Shown here piece by piece: positions 10,085-19,534 of a stretch of 64,000 nucleotides of DNA. The stretch is from an uncultured bacterium (lineage in GTDB: Bacteria > Krumholzibacteriota > Krumholzibacteriia > Krumholzibacteriales > Krumholzibacteriaceae), in assembly GCA_963813815.1 (NCBI GenBank), contig CAWFAD010000016.1, forward strand, positions 416,001 through 480,000, read 5' to 3'. The position numbers and the translations under genes are program-made. The stretch's first letter is position 1; each line of letters starts with the position of its first letter. The notes beneath the pieces were generated by a model that did no database searches, had not been told where the DNA came from, and worked only from the letters and a program-made list of their open reading frames with translations.

Positions 10085-10106
10085 GGGCGGTCGGTCCGCC
10101 CTTTTT
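10085..10106 (+). terminator. Rho-independent terminator
   Basis: GGGCGG-tcggt-CCGCCC-TTTTT downstream of marC. Confidence 0.55.
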
Positions 10107-10110
10107 GGGG

Positions 10111-10140
10111 TTGACAGCGATATGTAACTTGTTATAGAAT
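10111..10140 (+). promoter_or_regulatory. Sigma70-type promoter for the S8 protease
   Basis: Perfect TTGACA at 10111, then TATAGA/TAGAAT at 16-18 bp, in an AT-rich patch. Confidence 0.65.
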
Positions 10141-10208
10141 AAAGAAATGGCATGTCGAGCGGAGGGCGGAATCCCTCGGATTCCCGCCCGGCGATCGGAG
10201 GGCTCTCG

Positions 10209-13200
10209 ATGAGGAAGATAGGTGCTTTAGTTTTAGCTTCGGCGCTCGTTCTGGCGGCGCGGGGGACGGGCCTCGGGGCGGAGAAGCCGAGGCTCGAGGC
10301 GCTCTCGAGGGAGCTCGCGACCGGATACGACGCGGCCCGCGCCGAGGCCTATAGTCTCGCGGCGGAGCACGGGTGGCCGGTCAGCGGCTATGGAGAAAAC
10401 GGCAGCTACTTCGAGCTTCAGAAGCTCGTGAACGGGATGCCGCGTTTCTATACGACGCACAACTCGAATGCCGCGATCTCGACGAGAACCGCTCTCGTGA
10501 ACGCCGCGATCGGCGGCGGAAGCGGCTTCGTCCTTCGTTTGTGGGACGGAGGAAAGCCCCGGACGACTCACCGCGAGTTCGGCGGTCGCGTCATCTGGGC
10601 GGATCCCCTCGCGAGCACGATCGCCGGGCACGCGACGCATGTGGCCGGCACGATGCTCGCGAGCGGCGTGAGACCGGAGGCGAAGGGGATGTCCCCCGCC
10701 TCGACGATCCGGGCGTTCGAGTGGACCAACGACGCCTCGGAGATGGCGAGCGAGGCCGCGGCGGGGGCGAACGTCTCGAACCATTCCTACGGATACATCG
10801 CCGGCTGGTACTACAACACGACGAACAGCTACTGGTACTGGTACGGCGATACGGCGGTGAGCGAAGTCGAGGATTACGGCTTCGGCTACTACGACTCGGA
10901 CGCGCGGGCGTACGATCAGATCGCCGTGTCGGCCCCGAACTACCTCATGGTCGTTTCCGCCTCGAACGATCGCGACGACGCTGGGCCGGCGGCCGGCACG
11001 AAGCATTACTACTGGGACGCCCGTTACGACGCCTGGCGCTTCAGCACGAAAACGAGAAACCCCGACGGGACGCCGCTCGGCTACGACTGCATCCCGTTCG
11101 GCTTTCAGATATCGAAGAACAGCCTCACGATCGGCGCCGTGGACGACGTTCTCTCGTACACCGGCCCCGCTTCCGTGACGCTCGCGGCCTTCAGCAGCAC
11201 GGGGCCCTGCGACGACGGCAGAATCAAGCCGGACGTCGTGGGGAACGGCGTCTCGCTTCTTTCGTCCTATTCGACGACCGATTCCTCGTACGCCAGCGCG
11301 AGCGGCACGTCGATGTCCTCCCCGAACGTGAGCGGCTCGCTCGGCCTCGTCGCGGACTACTACCGGGACACGCACGGCGGCGCGCCGATGCGTTCGTCGA
11401 CGCTCAAGGCGCTCGCGATTCATACGGCGCTCGAGGCGGGTCCCGCCGACGGGCCCGATTACCAGTTCGGCTGGGGGCTTCTCGACGCGTACGGGCTCTA
11501 CCAGCTTCTCGAGCAGGATTACCTGAACGATGCCGCCGGGTTCGTCGAGGAGCTCGCGCTCGGAAGCGGGCAAACGATCGAATACTATTACCGGGTCGCC
11601 GGGTCGCCCGATGAGCTCAGGGTCACGATCTGCTGGACGGATCCGGCGGGCACGCCCGCGTCCGCGGCGATCGATCCTTCGACGAGGATGCTCGTGAACG
11701 ATCTCGATCTGCGCGTCGTCAAGGGGGGCATGACCTCTCTCCCGTGGCATCTCGACCGGACCAATCCGTCGAGCGCCGCGACGAGGGCCGACAACGACGC
11801 CGATAACGTCGAGCAGGTCGTGCTCGACGCTCCGGCCGACGGCGTGTACGCGATCAGGGTAAGCCACAAGGGCTCGCTCTCCGGCGGGTCGCAGAGCTTC
11901 GCGCTCGTCGTTTCCGGCGCCGAAAAGAACCACGCGTGGCACGTATACGACGACGGCTCAGGCGACGCGCCGACGATAGCGGCGGCGGTCTCTCTGGCCG
12001 CCGACGGCGATTCGATCTACGTTCACGGGGGCGTGCATCACGAGGCGGGCATTTCGATCGCCAAGGCGCTCGTCATCGCCGGTCCGGACGGCGCCGCGCT
12101 CACGACGATCGACGGAAGCGGTCTCGGAGCCGGCATTTTCACCTTCCCGTCCTCGACGAAGACCATCCGGGTGAGCGGGCTCGCGCTGAAGAACGGCTCG
12201 TCCGCGGGCATGGGCGGCGGAATGTCGATCCAGAACTCGAACGTGACCGTGCTCGATTGCGCGTTCGAAGGGTGCGAGGCGGCCGTCTCCGGCGGCGGCC
12301 TCGCCGTGAGCGACGCATCTCCCTCGATCGTGCGATGCGCCTTCGTCGGCAACACGGCCGCGGGCGATGGGGGCGGCCTCTTTCTCTCCTCCTCCAGCGC
12401 CGTCGTCGATTCCTGCGTGTTCTACGGTAACGGCGCGATCGCGGGGTCCGGCGGCGGCGTGGCGGCCGCCTCTTCCGCGCCCGAGCTTCGCAACTGCACC
12501 ATCTCTTACAACTACTCGTCCGCGGGCGGCCACGGCGGCAACGTGTACGTGGGGAACGGCTCAGACCCGTCGCTCGCGCGATGCATCGTTTCCCACAGCT
12601 CGGCGGGCGAGGGAATATTCGGCGAAACGTCCGCCGTCGGCGCCTCTCTCGCGTGCTGCGACGTTTTCGGAAACGCCGGCGGCGATTACGGAGGCACGGT
12701 GGCGGACGCGACGGGGCTCGACGGCAACATCTCGGCCGATCCCCTGTTCTGCGACGCGACCGCTGCGCCCCCCGAGCTCACGATCGCCGCTCTCTCGCCC
12801 TGCGCGGCGGGCGCGAGCCCCTGCGGAGGGCTCATCGGAGCCCTGCCCGTCGCCTGCGTGCGGGGTCCCGATCTCGTCGTCGCGGGCGTTCTCTGGAGCG
12901 ACGCGCGGCCGGCGTTCGGCGACAGCGTCTCGGCGGCGGTGACGGTGAGGAATCCGGGCACGCTCCCCGCGGAGCGTTTCTACGTGGAGTATTACGCTTC
13001 GAGCGATTCCCTGCCGATCGACGGGACGCCCGGCGACCAGCGGCTCTTCGTCGACAGCCTCGCCGCCGGGGATTCGCTCGTGTGGATCACCGGCTGGGAG
13101 AAGGCTTCCGTATTCGAACCATGGACCTCGTGGTTCCGCGTCGATAACGGGGATTCCGTCCCCGAGACGAACGAGGCGGACAACGGGAGCGGCCCGCACG

Positions 13201-14768
13201 AGATCCTCTGGCGTTTCGCCGAGGAGGAGGGTTGGCCCGCCGCGATCGGGTTCGGCTTCCACACGTCGCCCGCGATAGCGAACCTCGACGACGACGCGCT
13301 CACGCTCGAGGTGGTCATCGGCGCCGACGACGGCGCGGTGCACGTTCTCACGGTCGACGGCACGGAGCTCGCCGGCTGGCCCGCGCCGGTGGGGGATACG
13401 CTCTACTCGTCTCCCGCCGTCGCCGACATCACCGGCGATTACGGCCGCGAGGTCGTGATAGGCGGGAGCGACGGCAAGATATACGCCTTCGACCGTCAGG
13501 GCGCGAAGCTCTGGGAGTACGACGCGGGGAGCCCCATCCGCACGACGCCGGCCCTCGCCGATCTCGACGGGGACGGAAAGTGCGAGGTGATCTGCGGCGC
13601 CGGCGCGAATCTCGTCGCGCTCGAGGGAGACGGCGGCGCGTACGGCGGATCGTGGCCCGTCACGACGGCGTCCGGCGCGTTCACCTCCCCGGCCGTCGGG
13701 GACGTGGACGGCGACGGCGCGCTCGAGATCGCGGCGATCGTTCGAGAATCGCCGGACACGCTCTCCTCGCGGGTTCACCTCCTCAACGCGGACGGCACCT
13801 CGTACGGCGCCCCGTGGCCGGTGACGGTCGATACGATCATAGCGGCCGATCCGGCGATGGGAAACGTCATCGACCCCTCCTCGGATCTCGAGATCGTGGC
13901 GGGAGGCCTCGACGGCCGCGTGCTCGTCTGGAAGACCGACGGGACGCTCTGGGCATCGCCGCCGAAGGCGCCCGGGGCGATCGAATCGTCGCCGGCGCTC
14001 GCGAATCTGGACGCCGATTCCAATCTCGAGATCGTCGTCGCGTCGGCCGCGGATTCGCTGGCGGCCGTGACGGCGGTCGATCACACGGGTTCCCTGCTGC
14101 CCGGCTGGCCGCGGACATGGGCCGCGGCGGGAGCGTTCGTTCCCTCTCCCGTCGTCATCGGCGCCCGGGTGGAGTCGATTCTCGGCGACGGCCTGCAGGC
14201 CCTGCTGTCCTTCGCGGGGGACGGCGCGGCGCCCTATGGATTTCCGATCGACCTCGCGGGCGACGTGCCCGTTTCGGTCGCCGCGGACGATCTCGACGGC
14301 GACGGCGCGATCGAGCTCGTGGCGGCGGCGGGATCGCCGGTGAATCTCGTGTACTGCTTCGAGCTTCCGGTCGAGCATTACTCGAAGGACAATCTGCCGT
14401 GGCCGGTGTTTCGCCACGACCGCGCGAGAACGGGGTGCTTCGAGGCGATCGTTCCGACGCCGGTCGATGGCGGCCCCGGCGCGGAGCCGTCCGTCACGGC
14501 CATCGGTTCCATTTACCCCAACCCCTTCAATCCCACCACGCGGATCGCCTTCACCGTGGCGAAGCGGACCTGGGTGGAGATCGCGGTCTACGACGTCGCC
14601 GGGCGCAGGATCGCCTCCCTCCTCGGCAAGGTAATGGAGCCGGGCCGCTACGAGGCGTCCTGGAACGGCCGCACCCTCTCGGGGGCGATCGCGGCGTCGG
14701 GCGTCTACGTGTGCAGGCTTCAGGCCGGAGGGCTCGTCGAGACGCGCAAGCTCGTGCTTCTCAGATGA
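10209..14768 (+). CDS. Large secreted S8 subtilase: S8 domain, parallel beta-helix, CARDB-like Ig, FG-GAP/VCBS propeller, C-terminal FlgD-Ig/T9SS-like sorting domain
   Basis: Triad LWDGG, HATHVAGT, GTSMSSP; GRIKPDV; GGG..F..N beta-helix repeats; GPDLVV...ETNEADN; repeated SPA.ADLDGDG..EI; IYPNPFNPTT...YDVAGR...SGVY...KLVLLR. Confidence 0.9.
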   Translation: MRKIGALVLASALVLAARGTGLGAEKPRLEALSRELATGYDAARAEAYSLAAEHGWPVSGYGENGSYFELQKLVNGMPRFYTTHNSNAAISTRTALVNAAIGGGSGFVLRLWDGGKPRTTHREFGGRVIWADPLASTIAGHATHVAGTMLASGVRPEAKGMSPASTIRAFEWTNDASEMASEAAAGANVSNHSYGYIAGWYYNTTNSYWYWYGDTAVSEVEDYGFGYYDSDARAYDQIAVSAPNYLMVVSASNDRDDAGPAAGTKHYYWDARYDAWRFSTKTRNPDGTPLGYDCIPFGFQISKNSLTIGAVDDVLSYTGPASVTLAAFSSTGPCDDGRIKPDVVGNGVSLLSSYSTTDSSYASASGTSMSSPNVSGSLGLVADYYRDTHGGAPMRSSTLKALAIHTALEAGPADGPDYQFGWGLLDAYGLYQLLEQDYLNDAAGFVEELALGSGQTIEYYYRVAGSPDELRVTICWTDPAGTPASAAIDPSTRMLVNDLDLRVVKGGMTSLPWHLDRTNPSSAATRADNDADNVEQVVLDAPADGVYAIRVSHKGSLSGGSQSFALVVSGAEKNHAWHVYDDGSGDAPTIAAAVSLAADGDSIYVHGGVHHEAGISIAKALVIAGPDGAALTTIDGSGLGAGIFTFPSSTKTIRVSGLALKNGSSAGMGGGMSIQNSNVTVLDCAFEGCEAAVSGGGLAVSDASPSIVRCAFVGNTAAGDGGGLFLSSSSAVVDSCVFYGNGAIAGSGGGVAAASSAPELRNCTISYNYSSAGGHGGNVYVGNGSDPSLARCIVSHSSAGEGIFGETSAVGASLACCDVFGNAGGDYGGTVADATGLDGNISADPLFCDATAAPPELTIAALSPCAAGASPCGGLIGALPVACVRGPDLVVAGVLWSDARPAFGDSVSAAVTVRNPGTLPAERFYVEYYASSDSLPIDGTPGDQRLFVDSLAAGDSLVWITGWEKASVFEPWTSWFRVDNGDSVPETNEADNGSGPHEILWRFAEEEGWPAAIGFGFHTSPAIANLDDDALTLEVVIGADDGAVHVLTVDGTELAGWPAPVGDTLYSSPAVADITGDYGREVVIGGSDGKIYAFDRQGAKLWEYDAGSPIRTTPALADLDGDGKCEVICGAGANLVALEGDGGAYGGSWPVTTASGAFTSPAVGDVDGDGALEIAAIVRESPDTLSSRVHLLNADGTSYGAPWPVTVDTIIAADPAMGNVIDPSSDLEIVAGGLDGRVLVWKTDGTLWASPPKAPGAIESSPALANLDADSNLEIVVASAADSLAAVTAVDHTGSLLPGWPRTWAAAGAFVPSPVVIGARVESILGDGLQALLSFAGDGAAPYGFPIDLAGDVPVSVAADDLDGDGAIELVAAAGSPVNLVYCFELPVEHYSKDNLPWPVFRHDRARTGCFEAIVPTPVDGGPGAEPSVTAIGSIYPNPFNPTTRIAFTVAKRTWVEIAVYDVAGRRIASLLGKVMEPGRYEASWNGRTLSGAIAASGVYVCRLQAGGLVETRKLVLLR

Positions 14769-14790
14769 CGCCCGGCTGAACGGGCGCATG

Positions 14791-14831
14791 AAAAAACGGG
14801 GGCCGCCGAGAGGCGACCCCCGTTTCGTTTT
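14791..14831. terminator. Bidirectional Rho-independent terminator
   Basis: AAAAAACGGGGGCCGCC-gaga-GGCGACCCCCGTTTCGTTTT between convergent genes. Confidence 0.8.
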
Positions 14832-14849
14832 CGTCGCGGCGGATTGCGG

Positions 14850-15428
14850 CTATCCGGTCTTCGCCGCTCTCTCCTTGAGCCGCCCGTGGAGCTCTTCGTG
14901 CAGAAACTGGGCGTAGAGCTCGGTGAGATGCCTCTTCGTGATGCGGCGCAGCGTCACGGACATGCCGGGGACGGAGAATCTCAAGGTCTTCTGGGCCATC
15001 TCGCGGGAGGGATCCTCGACCGAGAAGGTCTGATTATAGGTTCCCTCGAGCCACATCTTGAGCCAGTCGAGGTTCGTGAGGCTCGTATCGCGGAAGTAAA
15101 CGATGACCTCCATGAGACGCCCGTCGAGAAAAGCGCAGCGCACGCGCTCGACCTCGCGGCGCGGTTCGATCGTCGAGGAAAGGTCGTACAGCTCGCCCCG
15201 GTATCCGAGCGGCGGATCGGGCGCGCGCGTGACGCGTATGGACGTTCCGGCCCGCTCGAACACCTCCTCCTTCGTTTCCCCGAGGTAGAATCCGTACACG
15301 GCCTCGGGGAGCCTGAGATCCGCTCCCTCGTCTTTCTTCGAGCACGAGGCCGCGGAGAGAATCGCGATGCAGAGGAGCGCGGCGGAAAAGAAGCGCCGCG
15401 GCGTCGAGATCCGGTCACGTTTCTGCAC
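14850..15428 (-). CDS. Hypothetical lipoprotein
   Basis: Signal peptide ending AASC; overlaps the MFS stop; typical codon use. Confidence 0.65.
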   Translation of the reverse strand: MQKRDRISTPRRFFSAALLCIAILSAASCSKKDEGADLRLPEAVYGFYLGETKEEVFERAGTSIRVTRAPDPPLGYRGELYDLSSTIEPRREVERVRCAFLDGRLMEVIVYFRDTSLTNLDWLKMWLEGTYNQTFSVEDPSREMAQKTLRFSVPGMSVTLRRITKRHLTELYAQFLHEELHGRLKERAAKTG

Positions 15429-16728
15429 GATTGGTCTCGCTCCTTTCGGGCGACAGGAAACGGTCGTAGACGATGAGCCCGACGATCGTCAAGGCGCCGA
15501 TCGCCGCGAAGATTCCCCAAAAGAGCCGGGGCTGCCCGGCCTCCTTGGCGATTTTCTGATAGAGAAACGCCCCGAGGTTGTTGCCGATGAGGCTTCCGAT
15601 GATGCCATAGAGAAAGGAATATCCCATGTACACGGCCACCTTGTCGCGCGGGGCGATCTGTCCGACGTAGCTGAAGTACTTGGGATGGCAGGTCATCTCC
15701 CCGATCGAAAAAACGATCATCCCCGCCACGATCGCGCGAGCGTCGCCCGAGAGGGCGAAGATCACGAAGCCGGCCGTGCCGATCGTGATGCCGGCGATCA
15801 TCGTGGGCAGCGCCCGGAGGTTCTTCACGATACGGCTCACGAACACCTGCAGGAGGATGATGGTGCCGGCATTGATGCTCGTCACGTAGGCGACGTCGAA
15901 CCGGAGCTCGGCGTCGCTGCCGAAGAACCTCGCCGCCGCCGTGAGGGCTCGATCCGCCGGCGTCATGTCGACGAAGTCGATGACGTACCAGAGCACCGTC
16001 TGGAACATCTGGAAGTAGAGGAGCCAGAAGCCCGAGTACACGACGATCATGAGCACGAAACGCCAGTTGCCCAGCACGAGCCCGGCGTCGCTGAATACCT
16101 GGCCGAGCCCTTTCGAGCTCGCCGGGCGCTCCGGCTCCCGATAGGCGACGGCGGTGAGGACGAGCATGAGAGCGCACCAGACCGCCGAGGCGAAGAAGAC
16201 GTACGACCAGTCGAACCCGCGCAGGTAGCTCACGAGAATGGGGGAGAGGAACGCGCCGAGGTTGATCATCCAGTAGTAGATGCCGAAGCCGAGCGAGCGG
16301 TTCCCGTCGGTCGTCGTTCGCGTGATCGTTCCCGAGAGTATCGATTTGAACACGCCGCTTCCGGCGGCCACGAGGAGCAGCGAGAGGAACACGACGCCGT
16401 ATCCCGACACGTGCCCCATCGCGAAGTAGCCGGCCGCGAGGAGCGAGAAGGCGATCATGAGGAATCGCCGGTAGCCGTACCGCTCGGCGAGCGCGCCGCC
16501 GACGATCGGCATGACGTACGTGAACGTCATGACGATCGACTGCAGGAATCCGACCGTCGTTTCACCGAAACCGAGGCCCCCCTCGGCCGCGCTCGCGCGC
16601 AGGTAGACGGCGAGCACCGAGGCCATGCCGTAGTAGGCGCCTCGCTCGAAGAGCTCCATCACGTTCGCCACCCAGAAGGTGCGCGGGAAGGAGCTCTTCG
16701 AGCCGGTGATTCCGGCGCCGTCGGACAC
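15415..16728 (-). CDS. MFS transporter, POT/peptide:H+ symporter-like
   Basis: GTG start after AAAGGTGG; ELFERGAYYG (ExxERxxYYG POT motif), GFGIYYWMINLGAF; about 12 TM helices. Confidence 0.88.
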   Translation of the reverse strand: MSDGAGITGSKSSFPRTFWVANVMELFERGAYYGMASVLAVYLRASAAEGGLGFGETTVGFLQSIVMTFTYVMPIVGGALAERYGYRRFLMIAFSLLAAGYFAMGHVSGYGVVFLSLLLVAAGSGVFKSILSGTITRTTTDGNRSLGFGIYYWMINLGAFLSPILVSYLRGFDWSYVFFASAVWCALMLVLTAVAYREPERPASSKGLGQVFSDAGLVLGNWRFVLMIVVYSGFWLLYFQMFQTVLWYVIDFVDMTPADRALTAAARFFGSDAELRFDVAYVTSINAGTIILLQVFVSRIVKNLRALPTMIAGITIGTAGFVIFALSGDARAIVAGMIVFSIGEMTCHPKYFSYVGQIAPRDKVAVYMGYSFLYGIIGSLIGNNLGAFLYQKIAKEAGQPRLFWGIFAAIGALTIVGLIVYDRFLSPERSETNRAET

Positions 16729-16909
16729 GATTCCACCTTTCGCGAATACGGTCGAGGCCGCTCCACGGCCGCGGAGCGGCCCGGGCGCGCCCATGAACGA
16801 CGCTACAGTAGCAAAAGGAGAGCGCCGGTCGCCAGATTATTTTGGGGGACGACGGGAGTTTGCGCGCGGCGCGCCGGGCGCGCTTTCGCGCGGCCCGTCC
16901 GGCGGCGCG

Positions 16910-17263
16910 TCACGAGCAGGTGAACTTCATTCTGAACGATCCGATCTCGATCGTGTCGCCGCTGCGGAGCTTGCGCTGGTGCACTCCCTTGCCGTTGAGG
17001 GATACTCCGCCCGTGCTCCCGAGATCCTCGATGACGTAGCCGTCGTCGGTTCTCACGATGGCCGCGTGCTCGTCCGAGACGAGGAAATCGTCCAGGCAAA
17101 CGTCGCACCGGATATTCCTGCCGAGGGTCGTTTTCCTCTTTTTGAGCGCGATCTCGAGGCCGGCGAACCAGCTGTTGACGATCGTGAGGCGTGCATTTTT
17201 ATGCTCGCCCTTCGCCTCCGCCAGATCGACGCCGGAACCGCGTTGTGCCTTTTTCGAAACCAC
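16910..17263 (-). CDS. Stand-alone FHA domain protein
   Basis: AAGGAAGG RBS with GTG start; TTLGR..CDVCL...VSDEHA, IEDLGSTGG..LNG, LRSGDTIEIG. Confidence 0.82.
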   Translation of the reverse strand: MVSKKAQRGSGVDLAEAKGEHKNARLTIVNSWFAGLEIALKKRKTTLGRNIRCDVCLDDFLVSDEHAAIVRTDDGYVIEDLGSTGGVSLNGKGVHQRKLRSGDTIEIGSFRMKFTCS

Positions 17264-17397
17264 GTTAGCGCACCTTCCTTGCACGGAGAATGGCCGCTTG
17301 AGCCACGTATCTCGTTCCAAAACGCGCCATTACGCAAGGATCGTACCATTTGCGGCGCCGGCGCGGTTTTGCGGGAGGGGGAGGACCGGAAAGGGCG

Positions 17398-18585
17398 CTA
17401 TTCGACGCCGTCGAAAACCGCTTCGTCGCGGCGTTCCGTGGGCACGAAGCTGATGCGCGCCTCGCCGAATCGGAAGGGGCGGCGGACCGTGAGAATGCTG
17501 TCCATCGAGCCCTCGATCGCCGTCTCTCCGAGCGGGTCTCCGGGAGCGACGTCGAGCGTCCAACCGGCGAACGCGTAGGTGCCGTAGAGCTCCGTGTACA
17601 GACAGCCCGCGAGCAGGCTCGAGAGAAGACAGAACATATTGTTGGAGCTCAACAGCCCGTTCTCATTGGTGCAGACGCTCCACGTGCGGCCGCGCGAGGG
17701 CAGCAGGTATCCGGGGCTATGATTTTCGAGGAGCCGGAAGAGCCCGTCCCGGTCGGTCCCGTACCACGGGTTGTTCGGGTAGAGCTCGTAGAAAATGCCG
17801 TTCAGGATCCCCGCCGTCTCCGCGTCCTCCTGGGGCGGGCGTCCGTTGCCGATCTGGATGAAATCGTCGCCGAGCCGCGCGCGTATGGCGCGGACGTACT
17901 CCTTTTGCCATTCGTAGAACAGCGCGCGCTCTTCCGCGTCGTCCTCGTGGCGGACGCCGTCCTCGTCGAAGTCGATCTCCCCGGCCATGGTCTCGCGCAC
18001 GAGCGGGTTGAGGTAGGCGTCGTACATGAAGTAGTCGTGCATGATCCCGTCGATGGCGCCGTTCGTCCGCTCCTGATACGCCGCGATGAGCTCGACCATC
18101 GTGTCGATGAGCGCCGTGTTCGGCTCGCCGTTCACGATCGGATCGAGCATGATGAGCCCGGGCCAGATGAGAACGGTGTCCTGCTCCGTCGTCCACGCCC
18201 AGTGTCCGCTCACCGCGTTGTAGTAATCGAGAACATAGGGGAGGACCTCCCTGAGGTAGGTCGTATCCGGGTAGAGGGCGAAAACGCTCATCATGCTCCG
18301 GTAGCCGATGATCAGGATGTCGGGGTTGAGGGCGTGGAGCTCGCCGAGCACTGCCTGCGATTCGGGGGAGAAGCACCGCTCCATGGGGAAGAAGATCATC
18401 TCGGCTTGCGCGGCCTGCCGGATCGTCGATTCGTCCCACTCGGCGAACGAGCTCCAGTGAACGACCGCTTTCTCGGGATACGCGGCGCCGGGCGCCGCCG
18501 CCGGCGGGTCGGGGGCCTCGTTCGGCGCGCAGGCCGCGAGCAGGGCGAGCGCGAGGGCCGAGAAGATGCGGAAACGATGATGCAT
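17398..18585 (-). CDS. Lipoprotein with putative glycoside-hydrolase-like TIM barrel
   Basis: Lipobox LAAC; LHALNPDILIIGY, IDGIMHDY, FIQIGNG, LNGIFYE resemble GHL15/GH114-like putative hydrolases. Confidence 0.6.
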   Translation of the reverse strand: MHHRFRIFSALALALLAACAPNEAPDPPAAAPGAAYPEKAVVHWSSFAEWDESTIRQAAQAEMIFFPMERCFSPESQAVLGELHALNPDILIIGYRSMMSVFALYPDTTYLREVLPYVLDYYNAVSGHWAWTTEQDTVLIWPGLIMLDPIVNGEPNTALIDTMVELIAAYQERTNGAIDGIMHDYFMYDAYLNPLVRETMAGEIDFDEDGVRHEDDAEERALFYEWQKEYVRAIRARLGDDFIQIGNGRPPQEDAETAGILNGIFYELYPNNPWYGTDRDGLFRLLENHSPGYLLPSRGRTWSVCTNENGLLSSNNMFCLLSSLLAGCLYTELYGTYAFAGWTLDVAPGDPLGETAIEGSMDSILTVRRPFRFGEARISFVPTERRDEAVFDGVE

Positions 18586-18716
18586 AACGCCCGGCAGTCT
18601 TGCGTTGTCGTCGGGTCCCGGCCGCTCTGCCCGGCGGAACGATGGGAAACGACGCGGGAACGCGGGAAACAACCGGCAACCGGGAGGCCCCGGGCCGGCG
18701 CGCCCCCTGATGCACG

Positions 18717-18732
18717 TGCAGGAACGGTGCCC
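18717..18732 (-). promoter_or_regulatory. Putative sigma54 (-24/-12) promoter
   Basis: Minus strand GGGCACCGTTCCTGCA (GG-N10-GC) in the intergenic region upstream of 18585. Confidence 0.5.
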
Positions 18733-18795
18733 CTCCCGCGCGGATGGACGTCGACGGCCTGCTCCTTCCGGCGCCGCCGGAAGCGGAGATCAGCC

Positions 18796-19530
18796 TCAAC
18801 CGCCCCGCAGGTAGACGATCCGGAAGCGCGGACGCAGGCCGGGGATGGACGATTCGCGCAGGTGCGCCACGGCGAAGCGCTCCGAGAGAGGGGCGGCGAT
18901 CTTCAGCAGAACGCCGCTATTCGAGGCTGGGGCGGCGAGCCAGTCGCTCGCGAGCGCCGCGGGAATCGCGAACGCGACGACGGTGTCGCCGCTGATCCTC
19001 GCGCCGTCGAGCGGCTCGCCGTCGATGTCTCCTCCCTCCGTGCCCCACGACTCGGAGCCGTCGACCGTGAGCCACGAAACGCCGCCCGCGATTCCGTCGA
19101 AGCCCTCGATCCAGGGTCCGGAGGAGACCGGCGGGATGACCCGGTGCACCTCGATCGTGATCGACTCCGCGGGAGCGTCGTCGAACGCGATCGAGAGGCT
19201 CGAGGAGAGAACCGCGCCGCAGTCGGTGATCGAGGAGAGATCCACCTTGATGACGAGGCGCCGCTCGTAGAGCCCGCCGGCGAGGGGAACCGCGCCGACC
19301 GTGTCGAGGGGCACGTTTCCGTAGCACCGGTTCCTGAAGTCGCTCGTCGGTCCGTCCTTGAGAAACGCGTCCCGCGTGCCGTTGTACGAGGCGTCGGGGG
19401 AGACGCCGTCCTGGAAAACGACGATCGCCGTGTCGCCCGAGCCGGGAGCGTACACGACGTCGTTGTCCGCGCAGCCGGCGAGCGCCGCGACGGCGAGCGG
19501 CAGGGCGAGAAATGCCGCGCGGCGCGTCAT
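18796..19530 (-). CDS. DNRLRE/CBM96-like domain lipoprotein
   Basis: Lipobox LAGC; VFQDGVSPDASYNGTRDAFL, RRLVIKVDLS, SWGTEGGD, DWLAAPASNSGVLLK, LRPRFRIVY. Confidence 0.7.
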   Translation of the reverse strand: MTRRAAFLALPLAVAALAGCADNDVVYAPGSGDTAIVVFQDGVSPDASYNGTRDAFLKDGPTSDFRNRCYGNVPLDTVGAVPLAGGLYERRLVIKVDLSSITDCGAVLSSSLSIAFDDAPAESITIEVHRVIPPVSSGPWIEGFDGIAGGVSWLTVDGSESWGTEGGDIDGEPLDGARISGDTVVAFAIPAALASDWLAAPASNSGVLLKIAAPLSERFAVAHLRESSIPGLRPRFRIVYLRGG

Positions 19531-19534
19531 GGAG

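Noticed and set aside
13230..14330. Repeated GATCTCGACGG/GACGGCGACGGC-like DNA as a repeat array or CRISPR
   Set aside because: These are coding FG-GAP repeats; no constant repeat-spacer periodicity and no cas genes.
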